From Chrysomallon squamiferum (lineage: Eukaryota; Animalia; Mollusca): a stretch of DNA of 64,000 bases. Of this stretch, positions 15,019 through 46,531 are shown one piece after another. The notes beneath the pieces were generated by a model that was not told the origin of the DNA, made no database searches, and was given only the letters and a program-made list of their open reading frames with translations. The stretch's first letter is position 1; every line of letters starts with the position of its first letter. Location of the stretch: assembly GCA_012295275.1 (NCBI GenBank), contig CM022665.1:44764001-44828000 (forward strand). Reading direction: 5' to 3'. Both the position numbers and the translations under genes were made by a program.

Positions 15019-15217
15019 TCTTTCAAATACCTATTTACTTATAATAACTTTCTTACATGGATTTACTTACCTATTTTACGTACTTACTTACACTTACTTA
15101 CTTTACTTTACTTACTTTTACACTTATTTAGTATACTTACTTACACTTACTTACACTTACTTATACTGACAGTTACACTTACTTACTTACAAAACATTTT
15201 TTAAATTCATTTTTCAG

Positions 15218-32486
<17,269 letters not shown>

Positions 32487-33226
32487 CCTCTCCAGCGCCC
32501 AATGTAATGACGTCACCTGGATTGCGAGTAATTAATTATTTAATGTAATCCCGGTACGATGTATCTGCTACATGTCTGTCTTTGTCGTATGGCCTAACCT
32601 TTCAAAACGAAGAATTTCATTAAGAGAATAAGTCCCTTGATGCGGACGCTAAAATGTTACCAGCGGACCATTCACAAATTTATTATAATTACGAAACTGA
32701 TTGCAGCGGACCATTCACATAAAATATTATTATTATTATTATTATTATAATTATGTAGTTGATATGTTAATTGTTGGAGATCATCTGGTTTTTTTTTCTT
32801 CAGAATTTTGAGTAATGTGTTAAAGGAAAAGGGGAAGGTGTGGCTTTAATTTAATCATGTGATAAACTCTTGCAGGACAGCACGTACCCCAGCCCACGGT
32901 TTTTTAGATACCGGCTGAAAAGAAATATCATGTTAGGCCAATTGACTGGGTTCGATCCTACAACCAATAGACTGGCAAGCATCATCAGAGCATTCTAGAA
33001 CATTCCTTATTTATTAACTGATAACGTATTAGTTGCTCCTTTATGGTTTTTTTTTTTTTTTTTTATCTGTAAATAAAGGGGCTGGTGAAAAAGTATTTCA
33101 TTAAAAAGACTCCAAAAATTCTCAGTATTAAAAAGCTCATTGTTACTGTGACTCATATATAAAAAGTTTCGCATCAAAATTAGTTCGGATGGGTTTTAGG
33201 TCTATGCATTATTTTATGATGCAGAG

Positions 33227-33295
<69 letters not shown>

Positions 33296-34010
33296 TATTT
33301 ATTATTTATTTATTTATTTATTTATTATTATGTGTGCGTGCGTGCGTAAGCGTGCATGTGCAAGTGTGTTTAATTAACACGTGTAAAATTATTTTTGATA
33401 ATTTCTTAAACTTGTTGCTATTTAATTACGTCATATTTTATATATAATTTGTTGGTTTTTTTTTTAAAAAAGGGGAGGGGCATGAAAAGGAAACTGAGTG
33501 AAAGAAAAAAAATTGTTTCATTTTGCATGACGTAAAACTTTAAACAATAATTAAAATTAAAAAATCTTTCAGTTTTGCGATGATGTCTGAAAAACAGGTG
33601 CAATACTTAGAAATCATCAAAGTGTGTTCAAACGCAGTCACATAAAATAATCTTTAAAACGCGTTTTATACGCCATTTTAAGCCATACCTTATTTATAAT
33701 ACAAAATTAATAACATTTACAAACGTATTATGTATATAAGAACTAATCATATAACTTAAGCACATGTGTATATATATATATATATATTTACCGTTGACGA
33801 TATTTTTATTTTTATTTATTTATGGTCTTAATGTAAAGGTTTTATTTGAGAAGCGTATGGAAGGAAGATAATCTGTTGGTGTGTTATAATAATTCGTTCA
33901 GAAATAATTTAAAATATTTTAGTTAAATCACTTTTTTCTTTTTAGTGCGCCTAAGTGATTGCTCACTGATAAAGACCACTTTAGTTAAAATTATATATAT
34001 ACAAGCGTAT

Positions 34011-34056
<46 letters not shown>

Positions 34057-34279
34057 TGTATGTATGTATGTATGTGTGTATGTATGTGTAATTTTAACTG
34101 AAGGAGTCTTGACGTGTTGATCTTAAATATCGGTATCATAGCAAATATTGCTTCCGTACCGAAATTATTATTATTATTATTATTACTATTTTGATGATGA
34201 TCATGATGATGATCAAATTATTTTTATTATTATAAATTTTAAAGCTAAGTGCAAAATTATTAACGAAACTTTCTTATAT

Positions 34280-34700
34280 AATGCATTGCGTATCACAAGC
34301 GTACATTGACGTATGGTATTGCACAGCGTATTACAGAGTGCAGTAACGTACAACATCGTACGCTGCGTATTACACAGCGTATCACAGCGTACCGTGACGT
34401 ATAGTATTACACAACATATTACAGTAACGTATTATACGAATAGCGTATTACAGCGTACAACGTACTATACGTATTCCGTTTTATAGCGAACAATGACATA
34501 TGACATCATATCATATATTGCACTGTGTAGTAGCGTATCACATCGCATTATAAATGCATTACAGCGTATAATAACGTATTATGCTTACAGCGTATTATCA
34601 CACTGCTTAGCGTATTATAATCCATAAAACCGTACACTGAAGTATGATTCTGTTTTATTTTATAGTGTACATTGTTTTACATCGCACCTATAACGTATGA
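34280..34700. repeat. Degenerate (cagcgtattac)-type minisatellite
   Basis: Recurrent gcgtat/acgtat/cagcgta motifs at ~10-12 bp spacing. Confidence 0.6.
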
Positions 34701-35175
34701 TGATGCTACGAGGCGAAAAACAGCGAAAAGTATACCGCATAGGCCCGAAAACGTAACAGTTCTAATGACGTAAAAATATTTGTGATTACGTATAACGTTT
34801 TGTAACGTAATTTTGGTAGCGAATAATAATAATCTATGTAAATACGTCAGTATGATTAATCATAATGTAAATTCTGTACACTGGCTTCTGAAGAGGTGGA
34901 GCTAGAGATGTCCCCAAATCTGGATATTAAACTGAAATGTTTGGACGCGAATTATTTATCTGTCGGATCAGGTATTTGCATTACATGAAATTTAGTTAAT
35001 TAGATATTTTCCAAATGGGCATAAATCTGCATGAATTACGATCGGGAAATAAAATTAAAAGAATGGCAACGTTCTTTTGGTAAGAAACAAATATTGATAT
35101 TACGTCTCATTGTACGGAAGAATTTACGTAATACTTTCTTAACTCTCTGTGAATTATTTTTAAAATATACAGATG

Positions 35176-35708
35176 TAGGCTGATCTTCACTAATCCGGCT
35201 AGGTGTAATCCGGTTTCTTCACTAGCCCGGCACTAATTTCAGATTACTCCGCGCTGTAGTAGCGCCCGGTTTCTGCACATTGTTTTTTATGGTTTGATCG
35301 GTTTAAGTGATTTGCGCGGTATCGTAAATACACACAAGCTATTTTTGTAAATTTTATTAATATCATTTGCTCCAGTTACTGAGTAAATAAAGTAAGTTGA
35401 TCCCCTCTGTTGTAAACGATCAGTGCATTACTTCATTAAATATGCTTGCATTTCGTTTAATATTTCTGTATTTCCTCTTTTTTTTTTTTCTCCATATTAA
35501 ACAGATTCACGTGATATTTTAAAGGTGCCGCTTATCGTTTAATAAGCTATGCATGTTTATTGTCTGTATTAAACTGACTCGCACACTATTCTATGGGTAT
35601 TTTAACACGAGGTGGGTTAGCTGTTGTTTAGAATCGATTCTTCTGTGATCCGCCATTTTCTCTAAACCGGACACTGACCGGTGTTGCGGATTAATGAAGG
35701 TCAGCTTG
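35176..35708. mobile_element. MITE, pogo/Tc1-mariner-like terminal inverted repeats
   Basis: Left aggctgatcttcactaatccg versus right-end reverse complement aagctgaccttcattaatccg (18/21), with subterminal ccgg repeats; no ORF. Confidence 0.65.
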
Positions 35709-36568
35709 AATTTTTAATTGTGTCTCAAATAAAGGACGTACGTCTGATCATACGTAAAACTATTTTTTATTTTTATTTTTATTTTTATTTTTTACCTGGC
35801 GACATGTTTTACCTTACATCACGGAATAATTTGCACACTGATGTATGTTAATTTAAGCGATAATTTATAATAACGATGCGTAACGTATAATTATTAATTT
35901 TAAAACTGCATGATTTACGTGTAAGCTAAATATTCGTATATTGCTATAAAAAATTAAAATAAAAAATTGTTTTGCTGTTGATTACAATTATGCCGTGCAT
36001 TAAAATTTTATTTATCATAAATAAAGTGTTTTGGTTTCTTATTTCATTAAGTAATGCGTTTGTGTGTGCGAGCGTGTGTTTGTGCATGTATGTATATGCG
36101 TTTGTGTGTGTGCGTCTCTTATAGGCATGTCTGTGTGTGCAAGGTCTTCCTTTATTTCCTTTCTTTCTTTCTTCATTTGTTTATCTTTCATCGTCCAAAG
36201 TGGATATGGGATGTATATACGCACAGAATATAAAAATAATAATAACAAAAATAAAAAAAAAAAAAAAAAAAAAAAAGAGAAGATTTTCCACGAGTATTTA
36301 TTTATTCAATGTCGGCAGTTTAAAAACAAAATAAAAAAATAAAAAAGATTATTTTTTAAAACCTAATCAAATTACAGAATCACTTAAAATGCTTAAGACA
36401 ACTTCCTTTCATAAGTTTCCTGTTTGTCAAAAGTTTTAGTGTAAGGTCTAAATGTATGCCGAGGTTGTAATGATCAACAAGTTGACATGGCGAGAAGAGT
36501 TATGTCCCCTTACTTGTGCAAGTCCGATTTCAATATAAACTGATCTATAACTATCCGAAGGAAAATGT

Positions 36569-36599
<31 letters not shown>

Positions 36600-36634
36600 T
36601 GTACTTGTTCATTGAAACAGTTTATAGCGTTATT

Positions 36635-36708
<74 letters not shown>

Positions 36709-36819
36709 ACACACAAACATCAAAAATATTTAAATAGAAAGAAAGGGACAAATTATTAATTATGACTAATTATAAATAAAATGTATCAGTTTAAAATAAA
36801 TAAATAAATAAATACACAT

Positions 36820-36865
<46 letters not shown>

Positions 36866-37050
36866 TAATAATAATAATAATCAAAAGCTAAGTAAGTAAA
36901 TATATAAAATCAGACGTTACATAAGTAAGTAAATAAATGGTTTTAAATAAAGAAAGAAGAAAATAACATATTATATGAAAAATCAGACTGAAACATTTGT
37001 TAGTTCTGACACTATATGTGTGTCCTTGACAGTGTGTGTCTGTGCGTGTC

Positions 37051-37114
<64 letters not shown>

Positions 37115-37299
37115 CTGATGGTAACAGCTAAACTACGATAAGCTGTCAAGGTTTTATGTTATCAATAAACACAGATGTTTCTGTCAAAGGTCAAGATCAG
37201 ATCAGCTTGAATGTGTGCGGTCATTGTTGACACTGCCAAACGTTTGTTTTCAAACAAAGCGAAACTTTGTGTTATTCGAAAATCATCATCATCATCATC

Positions 37300-37352
<53 letters not shown>

Positions 37353-37370
37353 CGTAATCATAATCATTAA

Positions 37371-37448
<78 letters not shown>

Positions 37449-37825
37449 AATAGCTATTGCTATTGTTATTAATATCAATGAAAACAAAGAACAGCCTATA
37501 CAACAAAAGCAGCATCACTAAAGAGCAACAACTACGACGGCAGCACAATGTAGCTGTGTCGGTAGGAGTAAAATGTCGCAGTGTTAAAAATTTACAGACT
37601 GATGCGCTACTAGTCACTAGTTCAGTTCTCGTCGGCGAAACTGTTGACTTCATAACAGACGATGATATAATTAAGACTTGCTCTTTGTCTTAAAATTTTA
37701 CATATCACGGTACGAATAAAACTTTAAACATCAAGTTACTATGTTATTGTTTTGAACGAACTGTCGTCTGTCATAACAAAGTACAACAATAAAATAATAT
37801 TTTTTTACCAAGTATCTGAACGCCA

Positions 37826-37929
37826 CCAATGTGTTCCTTCACTGTGACGTCATTTATTTTTCTATGAGAACACTAGCGGTATTTTTCGAGCAAATGACGT
37901 CATAATGACAGAAAACAAAATGGCGGCGC
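37826..37929 (+). promoter_or_regulatory. Promoter-like cluster: CCAAT, two full CREs, YY1-type CAAAATGGCGGC
   Basis: CCAAT 37826; TGACGTCA 37845 and 37895; CAAAATGGCGGC 37916-37927. Confidence 0.4.
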
Positions 37930-38506
37930 TCGGATATTTTAAAAATGTAGGCCTAACTTTTTTGTTGTTATTTATTATAATAATTTGAAATTAGACTATC
38001 ACAAAAGAAATATAATCACCAAATATATACTTTGAAATAAATATTCTGAACAAGTGGAAAAATTACATGTTATAAATTCGACTCGGTCATTGACTTACAA
38101 AGTCGGAGATACTTTACAAACGACAGACATTTAAAAAAAAAAATTTCACTATCTTATCTAAACAGAAATAATAGCATTTCACTCATAAGCACACAGACAA
38201 CATCTGGGACATAAAAATTTGCACTTACTTGGTTACCTAAACCTTCTGAATGCAATTAACAGTACTTCAGGTAAATTCAAACGATGTCTTTCACCTGTAA
38301 TGTCTTTCAGTGCGTGGTAAGTGATATCGAAATGCAGGGAGTGAACAGGTGCGGGATTTGTGTTGTAAAAAATCACTGTTGTGTAAATTTTCTTAACGGT
38401 CTAAGCACCGCTGTTTGTATTGGAAAGTGGCATATTGAAAAGAATATCAGAACATCGTGTCCGATCGTTTCAACAGAATAAGGGTACTTTTTACACTGTA
38501 CAACAA

Positions 38507-38540
<34 letters not shown>

Positions 38541-38743
38541 CATTAAAAAAAGTTATATATATATATATATGTATACATTAAAAAAAAATTATATATATAG
38601 AAATATACACATTAAAAAAAAAAAACAAAAAAAAAAAAACCTTTCTTCATTTACTATTATAAGAGGCAAAAATAAACACAGAAATATTAAATAGATACAA
38701 CAACTACTACTACTGTTACTACTACCACAACTACTACTACTAT

Positions 38744-38779
<36 letters not shown>

Positions 38780-39017
38780 CACTTCTACTACTACAACTGC
38801 TACTTCTATACTGCTACTACTACTACTAAGAATAATTATTAAAAAATTATTTTATACGAAAGGAATAATTTTTTTATAATCAAGGATATTACTGTCGGCA
38901 TTTATAAAATTTCGCTGTAAAACTACAATTTTGTTTTATTTTTTTTTTTAAAAGACAAAACAACTTAGATAATATTGCCAATATAAAAAATATAATAAAA
39001 GAAAAATAAACATTAAG

Positions 39018-39078
<61 letters not shown>

Positions 39079-40512
39079 ATAACGGAATCAATAAATTCCA
39101 GTTCAAAGTCCTTAATCTCCAAGTTTTATACTTTTAGTATCACTATATCACCTGATAGATTTGTGCACAGGTAACACACCTGTATACAGGTAGACATATT
39201 TATTACCTTTTTTTTACATTTAATTTAAAATTTTGCAAGACTGAATACTGTTTTTTTTTTTTTCTTTTTTTTTTTTCTTTTAATTTTAAAAAACATTTTA
39301 AAGAAAATAAATTTAATAATAATAATAATGACAACAACAACAGTAACTAAAACAATAATGTAATAATAATGATAATGAAAATAATAATAATAATGATGAT
39401 GATAATGATAACAACACCAACAGTAACAATAATGATGATAATAACAACAGTAACAACTAATAACAATAATAATAGTACTAGCAGCAATAATAATAACAAC
39501 AAATACTATACTACTACTACTATTACTACTACTACTACTACTACTGCTACTGCTATTATTACTACTACAACAAATAATAATAATAACAACAACAACAACA
39601 ACAACAACAACAGTAAGAACAAGAACAAGAAAAACAACAAATACAAACAACAATAAAACTAAAGAAAAAGAAGAAAAAATAAATAAAACTTACACTTAAA
39701 AAAAAAAAAAAAAAAAAATAAATAAATAAAATGGTAGCGAGTGACTGTTTGTTTAGTTTGATTGACAGCCGTGTTTGAACCGTTACCAGTTTATATGAGA
39801 TAGCTCAGTCTTAGAAGCATTCCACTAACAATACCAGTTTGTATGCCTCTGTACTGTGTTTTCTCTTGTGTGTAGTACACTCAAAAGAACCGGCGAAAAG
39901 CCACTTTAATAATAATAATAAGTGACTCGCCGAATACAATGATAACTTGCTGTAATATCGGAGATTCTTGTTAAAATAATTTGTACGTATAGATCACTGG
40001 GATTAATCGTAGACATGATAGGAAAAAAAAACGAAGAAACATTGTAGAGTTGTTTTTTTTTTTTGTGTGTGTGCACTCAAACAACAAGACTATGAAATTT
40101 TTACACAAGCGAGAAACCGACATGATTTTGTTGTACCTGTGAGGTTTTGTTGACGTAAGTACTGTTGTTGTTAATGTTATTTGTTGTTACGACTACTACT
40201 ACTCCTCTTCTGTTAAAGCTTATGCTGTTCCTACTAATATTAATACTATTACTGCAATTTTGTTTTTACTAATACTGTTACTACTACTATTATTAATATT
40301 ATTACTATTATTACTATTACTGCATTTTTTTTTTACTAATACTGTTACTACTACTATTATTAATATTATTACTATTACTGCTACTACTATTACTACTACA
40401 TCAGTCATTGCTTTCTTACTACTGTTACTACTATTACTACTACGACAACTACTATTGCTACTCCTTCTCCTGTTACTACTATTAGTTGCTGTTACTACTA
40501 CTATACTGCTAT

Positions 40513-40543
<31 letters not shown>

Positions 40544-41865
40544 GCTACTACTACTAAAGCTAGAGCTTCACCTGTTACTTTTACTAGGGCTATAACTACA
40601 ACTATTGAAACTACTACTACGATAACTACCGCTACTACTTTAACGACTGCTTATGCCTATATAATCTTTGCTATTACTCTTCGTTGTTCTTGTTAGAGAT
40701 GGTAGTTATAATGGTTCAGTCTGCTAGTTTTATTTTTCTTATTATTATTCTTATTTGTTCGTGTTGAGAATATCTTTGTTTTTTCAAAATTAATTATTAG
40801 TGTGATGAATTATTTAAAAGTGAAAAACAAGAAGAGTTTAAACAAAGAAAAAAAAAAAAAAATGAAATAGTGAGAGACAGAGAAATGGAAATAGAGAAGG
40901 AGAGAGACAGACAGAGAGACGGACGAAGCGAAATGACTTAATACATATATATTTTATTTTATCATCAGAGAGAGAGAGAGATGCGTATAACAATATACAC
41001 AAACTAAAATTATTTTTCATCAGCTAACAAAATTCGTAGTATGTGTTGCCAACTCACTGAAGGTTACTTTTTAGAAAGTCGTCTTGAAGTGTTGGCTTTA
41101 AACTAATCTTAGGCGTAAACTTCAGTTTAGTCGTTGTAACTGTAATCTGTGGCTTTATTGGCTTTTTGATGAAATCTCGTTCAATGTTATAGCCACTTCA
41201 ACTCATACACAAATGGCTTTTTTAAAAAAAATAAAAAACAAAAACAATTAATTTTTTTTGTTTTAATTATTGGATTAAACAATGTGATGTCGACATGTCT
41301 TTAAAAGCAAAATATCTGGTTAACTTCCATTTTCTCGAAAAACGATTATTTTTTCAGAAAAACGATTGTTTGCGTGTTCATATAAATGTTTGAAAAACTA
41401 ATTTTCGACTGAGCTGCATAACTTGATTTCCTTTTACGTATATACATCTGGTTGTGCATTGTAATTATGTAAGTCAGTTGTCCATCTTTGGTTCTTTTGT
41501 TTTTCTTATTTCTAACTTTCCTTCCTTTATTTCTGCCTTTTCGTTTTCAATGAAACAACTTTTATTCGTTCATTATTCCAGTTAATCTCTATGTCTCGAT
41601 AAAACACGTGTGAGTTTAAAACTGGACAAAGTTCCTCTTGGATAAATTGTGTAGTATTTAGGTTTTCAAAGGTTCTTAAATCCATTCTTATTTTATTAAA
41701 TCGAGTCGTATTCTTAAATCCAGCTGTAGATTGAGAAATTTAGTGTTATAATTCTTAAATGTAGTTAGATTCTAAAATCCAATTTTGCATTGTTAAATAT
41801 ATTATTAAATATCGTCTTAGTTGCTGATCAAATCATAAACATAGCACATGTATTAAGCTAGTTTC

Positions 41866-41956
<91 letters not shown>

Positions 41957-42367
41957 TTACTAGAAGCTCCCATGCAGAATAACACTTGCTGCTATATAAC
42001 AAGTTCACCTCATAGTAGGGCAGCTTAAAAATCTGTCTACGTCATAATCAATTAAAACGTCATCCAGTTAAGAAGAAACACTTTTAAAAACATCGTTTCA
42101 TCAGAAAACAAGTTTTTTATATCCGAAACTTCATTCAACACGACGTCATACACACGCCATTATTATCCATATATCTGAATAAGGCAAATGACAAGACGTA
42201 ACGCATTTGAAATAGAAGAAAAAGCACCCGTGTTGCATATATATAAATCGCGTATAATCAATGGAGTTTTTAAACACTTTTTTTTTTTTTTTTTTTTTTG
42301 TAAATCAAGGGATAACAGACCAGAACTTTTATTACGTGCTGGTTTGAAAAATGTCCTTGTAGTATGA

Positions 42368-42405
<38 letters not shown>

Positions 42406-42709
42406 TAATAATAATAATAAATAAAAAAAAAAAATAATAATAATATAAATAACATGTTTATGCGCCCCAGTTCTCATTAACGAGTAGAGTTCCTTAACTG
42501 AATAATCTGAAAGCGAAGACATTTTTTTTTTTTTTTTTTATTTGTTATTTTTATTTATGTTCAAACAGGCGAGAAAAGATCGTGAACGAGTCCAGACAAA
42601 CAATACAATATAAACTTACCTGCAATACAAATACACAAAATATACATACGTCAGCGGTTTAATTTCTCCGCAGGTAAAATATCGATCTTAAGCATATGCC
42701 AATACGTAT

Positions 42710-42762
<53 letters not shown>

Positions 42763-43604
42763 GACACAAGATACGTAGGTAAACATTATCGTCCATTTAA
42801 ATAAAAAAACATCTCGTTAGCTAATATTGTAATGAGTATTATATTCAGCACAGCTTGAAAAGCGTAAAACGTAAGGTAATATATCTGAAAGGCATTACGT
42901 TACACTGTAATACAAAAACTAGCACGCGTGGACAAGACTATGATGGATATGAAAATAAACGCAGCTTGACATCTGTCATAACGCACACAAAAGTTAACTT
43001 GCCTTGTCATGCATGTCGGTTTTAAGTTTTAACCTGCTCAATTCACTACGCTAACAGGTATGTCATATATTTTCTTTGAGCTTTTACTTGATTATTATGT
43101 ATTATTATATTTACCTACACTATAGCTATATAACGTGTGGAGAGAGAACCATCTTATAATCTATGGTTTTTCTGTATATGCTTTCAAAGATGATTCTTTA
43201 CAGATGTTCGTTTAGTTCTGTAGGTGAGTTATAATTTTGTCAGGAGTGTGTATTTTTAGGAAAAGTTCAGTATTGTTAAAAAGACTTGTCATCTGATTCT
43301 TTGTTTTAATCCGAGGAGAATATGAATTTGTTGTGATTAAAAATTTATGAGGCTTTTTCGTGCAGACCTAGTCACTGTTGTAAGAAACATATCTACGTAA
43401 ATATATCTACATATCTGTCGTGAGAGTGTGTCTGTCTGTTTATCTGTCTGTTTATCTGTCTACTTCTCTTTCACAACGTATCAGTTATTTTGTCTGTCTG
43501 TCTGTCTGTTCATATAATCTTGGATTTTCGGTCTGCGTTTTCAAACCAGTGATTTTTCTTCTGTTTGTATGTAATAGTTTAATGACAACAATGCGGAAAA
43601 AAAA

Positions 43605-43674
<70 letters not shown>

Positions 43675-43889
43675 TTAAATGGTTATATAGATGAAAACTA
43701 ACACACAAACACGCACGCACGTACTATACTTATAAAGAGTCTGTGAAAGTGTAGCAATGCAAAATCCCTTGCTACTTACTATTCGATATGATTATACGTA
43801 TCCAGTAATGTGGAGGGTTTCTATTGTAGCCTCTGATTATAGAATCTCATGAACTGCATATGGTGATCTGTTAATAAAAAAATGTTTAG

Positions 43890-44400
43890 TCAATCAGTAG
43901 TCAGTGGTTAGTAAGTAAGTAATTAATAAGTCAGTCAGAAGTCAGTAGTCAGTCAGTCAGGGGTCAGTTAGTCAGGAGTTAGTCAATCAGTCAATCAGTC
44001 AGTCAGTCAGTAGTCAGTTAGTCAGTAGACGATCAGTCAGCAGTCAGTCAGTCTGTAGTCAATTAGTCAAAAGTCAGTCAGCAGTCAGTCAGCCAGTAGT
44101 CAATTAGTCAAAATTCAGTCAGTCAGTCTGTAGTCAATTAGTCAAAATTCAGTCAGTCAGCAGTCAACAGTCAGTCAGTAGTCAATTAGTCAAAAGTCAG
44201 TCATTCAGCAGTCAGTTAGTCAAAAGTCAGTCAGTCAGCAGTCAGTTAGTCAGCAGTCAGTCAAAAGTTAGTCAGTCAGCAGTCAGTCAGTCAGCAGTTA
44301 GTCAGTTAGCAGTCAGTTTAGTCAGTGGTCAGTCAATCAGTAGTCAGTCAGTCAGTGGTCAGTCAGTCAGTGGTCAGTCAATCAGTCGATCAGTCAATCA
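43890..44400. repeat. (AGTC)n-based microsatellite upstream of the coiled-coil exon
   Basis: About 500 bp of interrupted agtc repeats. Confidence 0.9.
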
Positions 44401-44500
44401 CTAAATAAGTTAATAAATTAATTCATTCTTTAATCATCATTTAAAACGTTGACACTGAATACAGTGATATATATATATATATATTTTCAGGTCTTCATAA

Positions 44501-45266
44501 ATGAAATCGTCACTAAACATGAACTCTACCGCCGCCTCGGTGAAGAACATCCACAAGCAGAAGCAGCTGGAGCTGGAACTGGTGGAGATCGAGAGACTCT
44601 GGTACCTGCAGCTGAAAAACATCGCCAGGGAGAGGCTGAGGGTCATCAGAGACCTGCAGAAGATTGCCGAGATGAAGAGCAAGCTGACTTACTTTGCCAC
44701 GGCTCTGAAAGGACCTTCCTTGCGACAGTACATCGACCAGGAGTTCCAGGTCATGCACGAGGAGAAGGAGATCAGAAAGAAGTTGAGGAAATACGATTTT
44801 ACCGTGGATCCTCTGGAAAAAGTCAGTCTTCACCTTCCAGCGGTAACCGTGGCGAAAAGAAAGGAAAGCGATTCGAGCGAGGACGAGAAAAACGATTCGG
44901 TGAATCTAGTTGACGCTTGAGGACGTGCTGGGTGGAAGGAAGGCGAAAGGAAGTCTGGGAAATCTGGATAAAAATAGATTGAGAATCCAAAAGACGAAAA
45001 GAAGGAAAAGAAGAAGAAGAAGAATAAGCGGGATTACGGATGATGATGATGATGATGATGGTCGAAACGGTGAAATGTCGTCCGAAAGTTCAAACTTTTC
45101 TCGAGTTATGGGTTATTCAAATAGCGAGACGATGTTGTACGGAAATGTACGGAAACGTCCGAACTTGGCAAAAGTGGATTTTACGAAAAAGAAAGGAACA
45201 GAAAGCTTGCCTGCCATTAATGAAAGACGCTTGTATGTAAAATTAAGTCACAAATCCAGCGTATGA
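44501..45266 (+). CDS. Uncharacterised coiled-coil protein (~254 aa if the +1 frameshift at ~44907-44917 is repaired); weak CCDC190-like N-terminus
   Basis: ttttcAG acceptor at 44490, in-frame TAA directly before the ATG, GC3-rich helical ORF 44501-44920 overlapping a second coding-like ORF 44910-45266, AATAAA at 45390. Confidence 0.75.
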
Positions 45267-45389
45267 TTTTGCTTCGTGGTATTCGGTTAAAGATATTTTT
45301 AAAATATACCTGTCTGTTGTCTTCTGTTTATCTGTCTGCCTGACCCTCTCTATCTTTCTTTGTCTTTCTACAAGATTTTGATTTGTTTT

Positions 45390-45395
45390 AATAAA
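45390..45395 (+). terminator. Putative polyadenylation signal of the coiled-coil gene
   Basis: AATAAA 124 nt after the 45266 stop, followed by T-rich sequence. Confidence 0.45.
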
Positions 45396-45941
45396 GTATC
45401 ATTCTGTCTTTCTGTCGATATCTGAACATTTATTAATATATCTAACAAATCGTCCATTTAATTAATTAATTCATTCATTCATTCATTCATTCATATGTTT
45501 ATTTATTGATTTAATTTAGTAATACCATTGTGAAATATTTGTGAAATAGGTGAACATTGTTAATAAAATTAACATCCAAAATACTATTTTTAAAATAAAA
45601 TAAATGGTGCATATCATTTTGTATTTATTTATTTATCAATTTATTTATTATATTTTATATTATTTTATTTTTAAATCATTTAATGATTTATCATTACTAT
45701 TACTAAAGCTAATACTAATACCACTACCTTCACTGCAACTACTACTCATTTTGCAACTACTACTACTGCTGCTGCTGCTACTACTACTACAACTACTACA
45801 ACAGCTACTACTATTACTATTAGTAGTACTAATAAATTGAACCTTCAACGAATTTACAAATGATATGACGTCTCAAGCAATATAAATATATGTATATGTG
45901 TATGTATGTATGTATGTATGTATGTATGTATGTATGTGTGG

Positions 45942-45976
<35 letters not shown>

Positions 45977-46499
45977 GTAAAATTACTGTTAGCTGATCTC
46001 CAGAAAAAAAGAAAAAAAAGTCCTTTAGAATTATGCAAAATTTACAACACCAGCTTAATGTATTTCTTCAAGAAACGGTTGTAAAGCAGTCACTGGAAAG
46101 TTTAGAGAGTGCGTTTAGGTTAACAAGTTATGTTTGATTTGTATTTTTCTTACCAGTTAATAACGAAATATAAACAATAAAAGACGACAGTTTAAAAATT
46201 AATGAGCGACGCCATTTTTCTTTTCTTTAATCAGCACGAATTGATTAATTGCTATTTCCACATCGGTGTCTGATAAAACAAGTACGAAATGACGTCACGA
46301 CTCCAGTAGTGAATGAATAAAATGGCGGCTTCAAAATGTTTTGCGATAGCATCATTTAACTGTCATTAATTTGCTAACTGAAACCAGTTAAAATAATAAA
46401 GAATGTTTTAAGACTATTCTTTTGTACAGCCACAAATTTACTTTAATAACGAAATAAAAATAAAATAAATAATAATAATAAAAAAATAAATAATAATAA

Positions 46500-46531
<32 letters not shown>

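Noticed and set aside
32487-33200. Search for an iron-responsive element or SECIS in FLVCR UTRs
   Set aside because: No CAGUGN-loop hairpin or SECIS seen; only a short direct repeat cagcggaccattcaca (32661, 32704).
44449-44913. 154-aa overlapping ORF (VFINEIVTKHELY...) in phase 0 with the 44490 acceptor
   Set aside because: Composition is that of a shifted GC3 frame; the 44501 frame has its own ATG and helical character.
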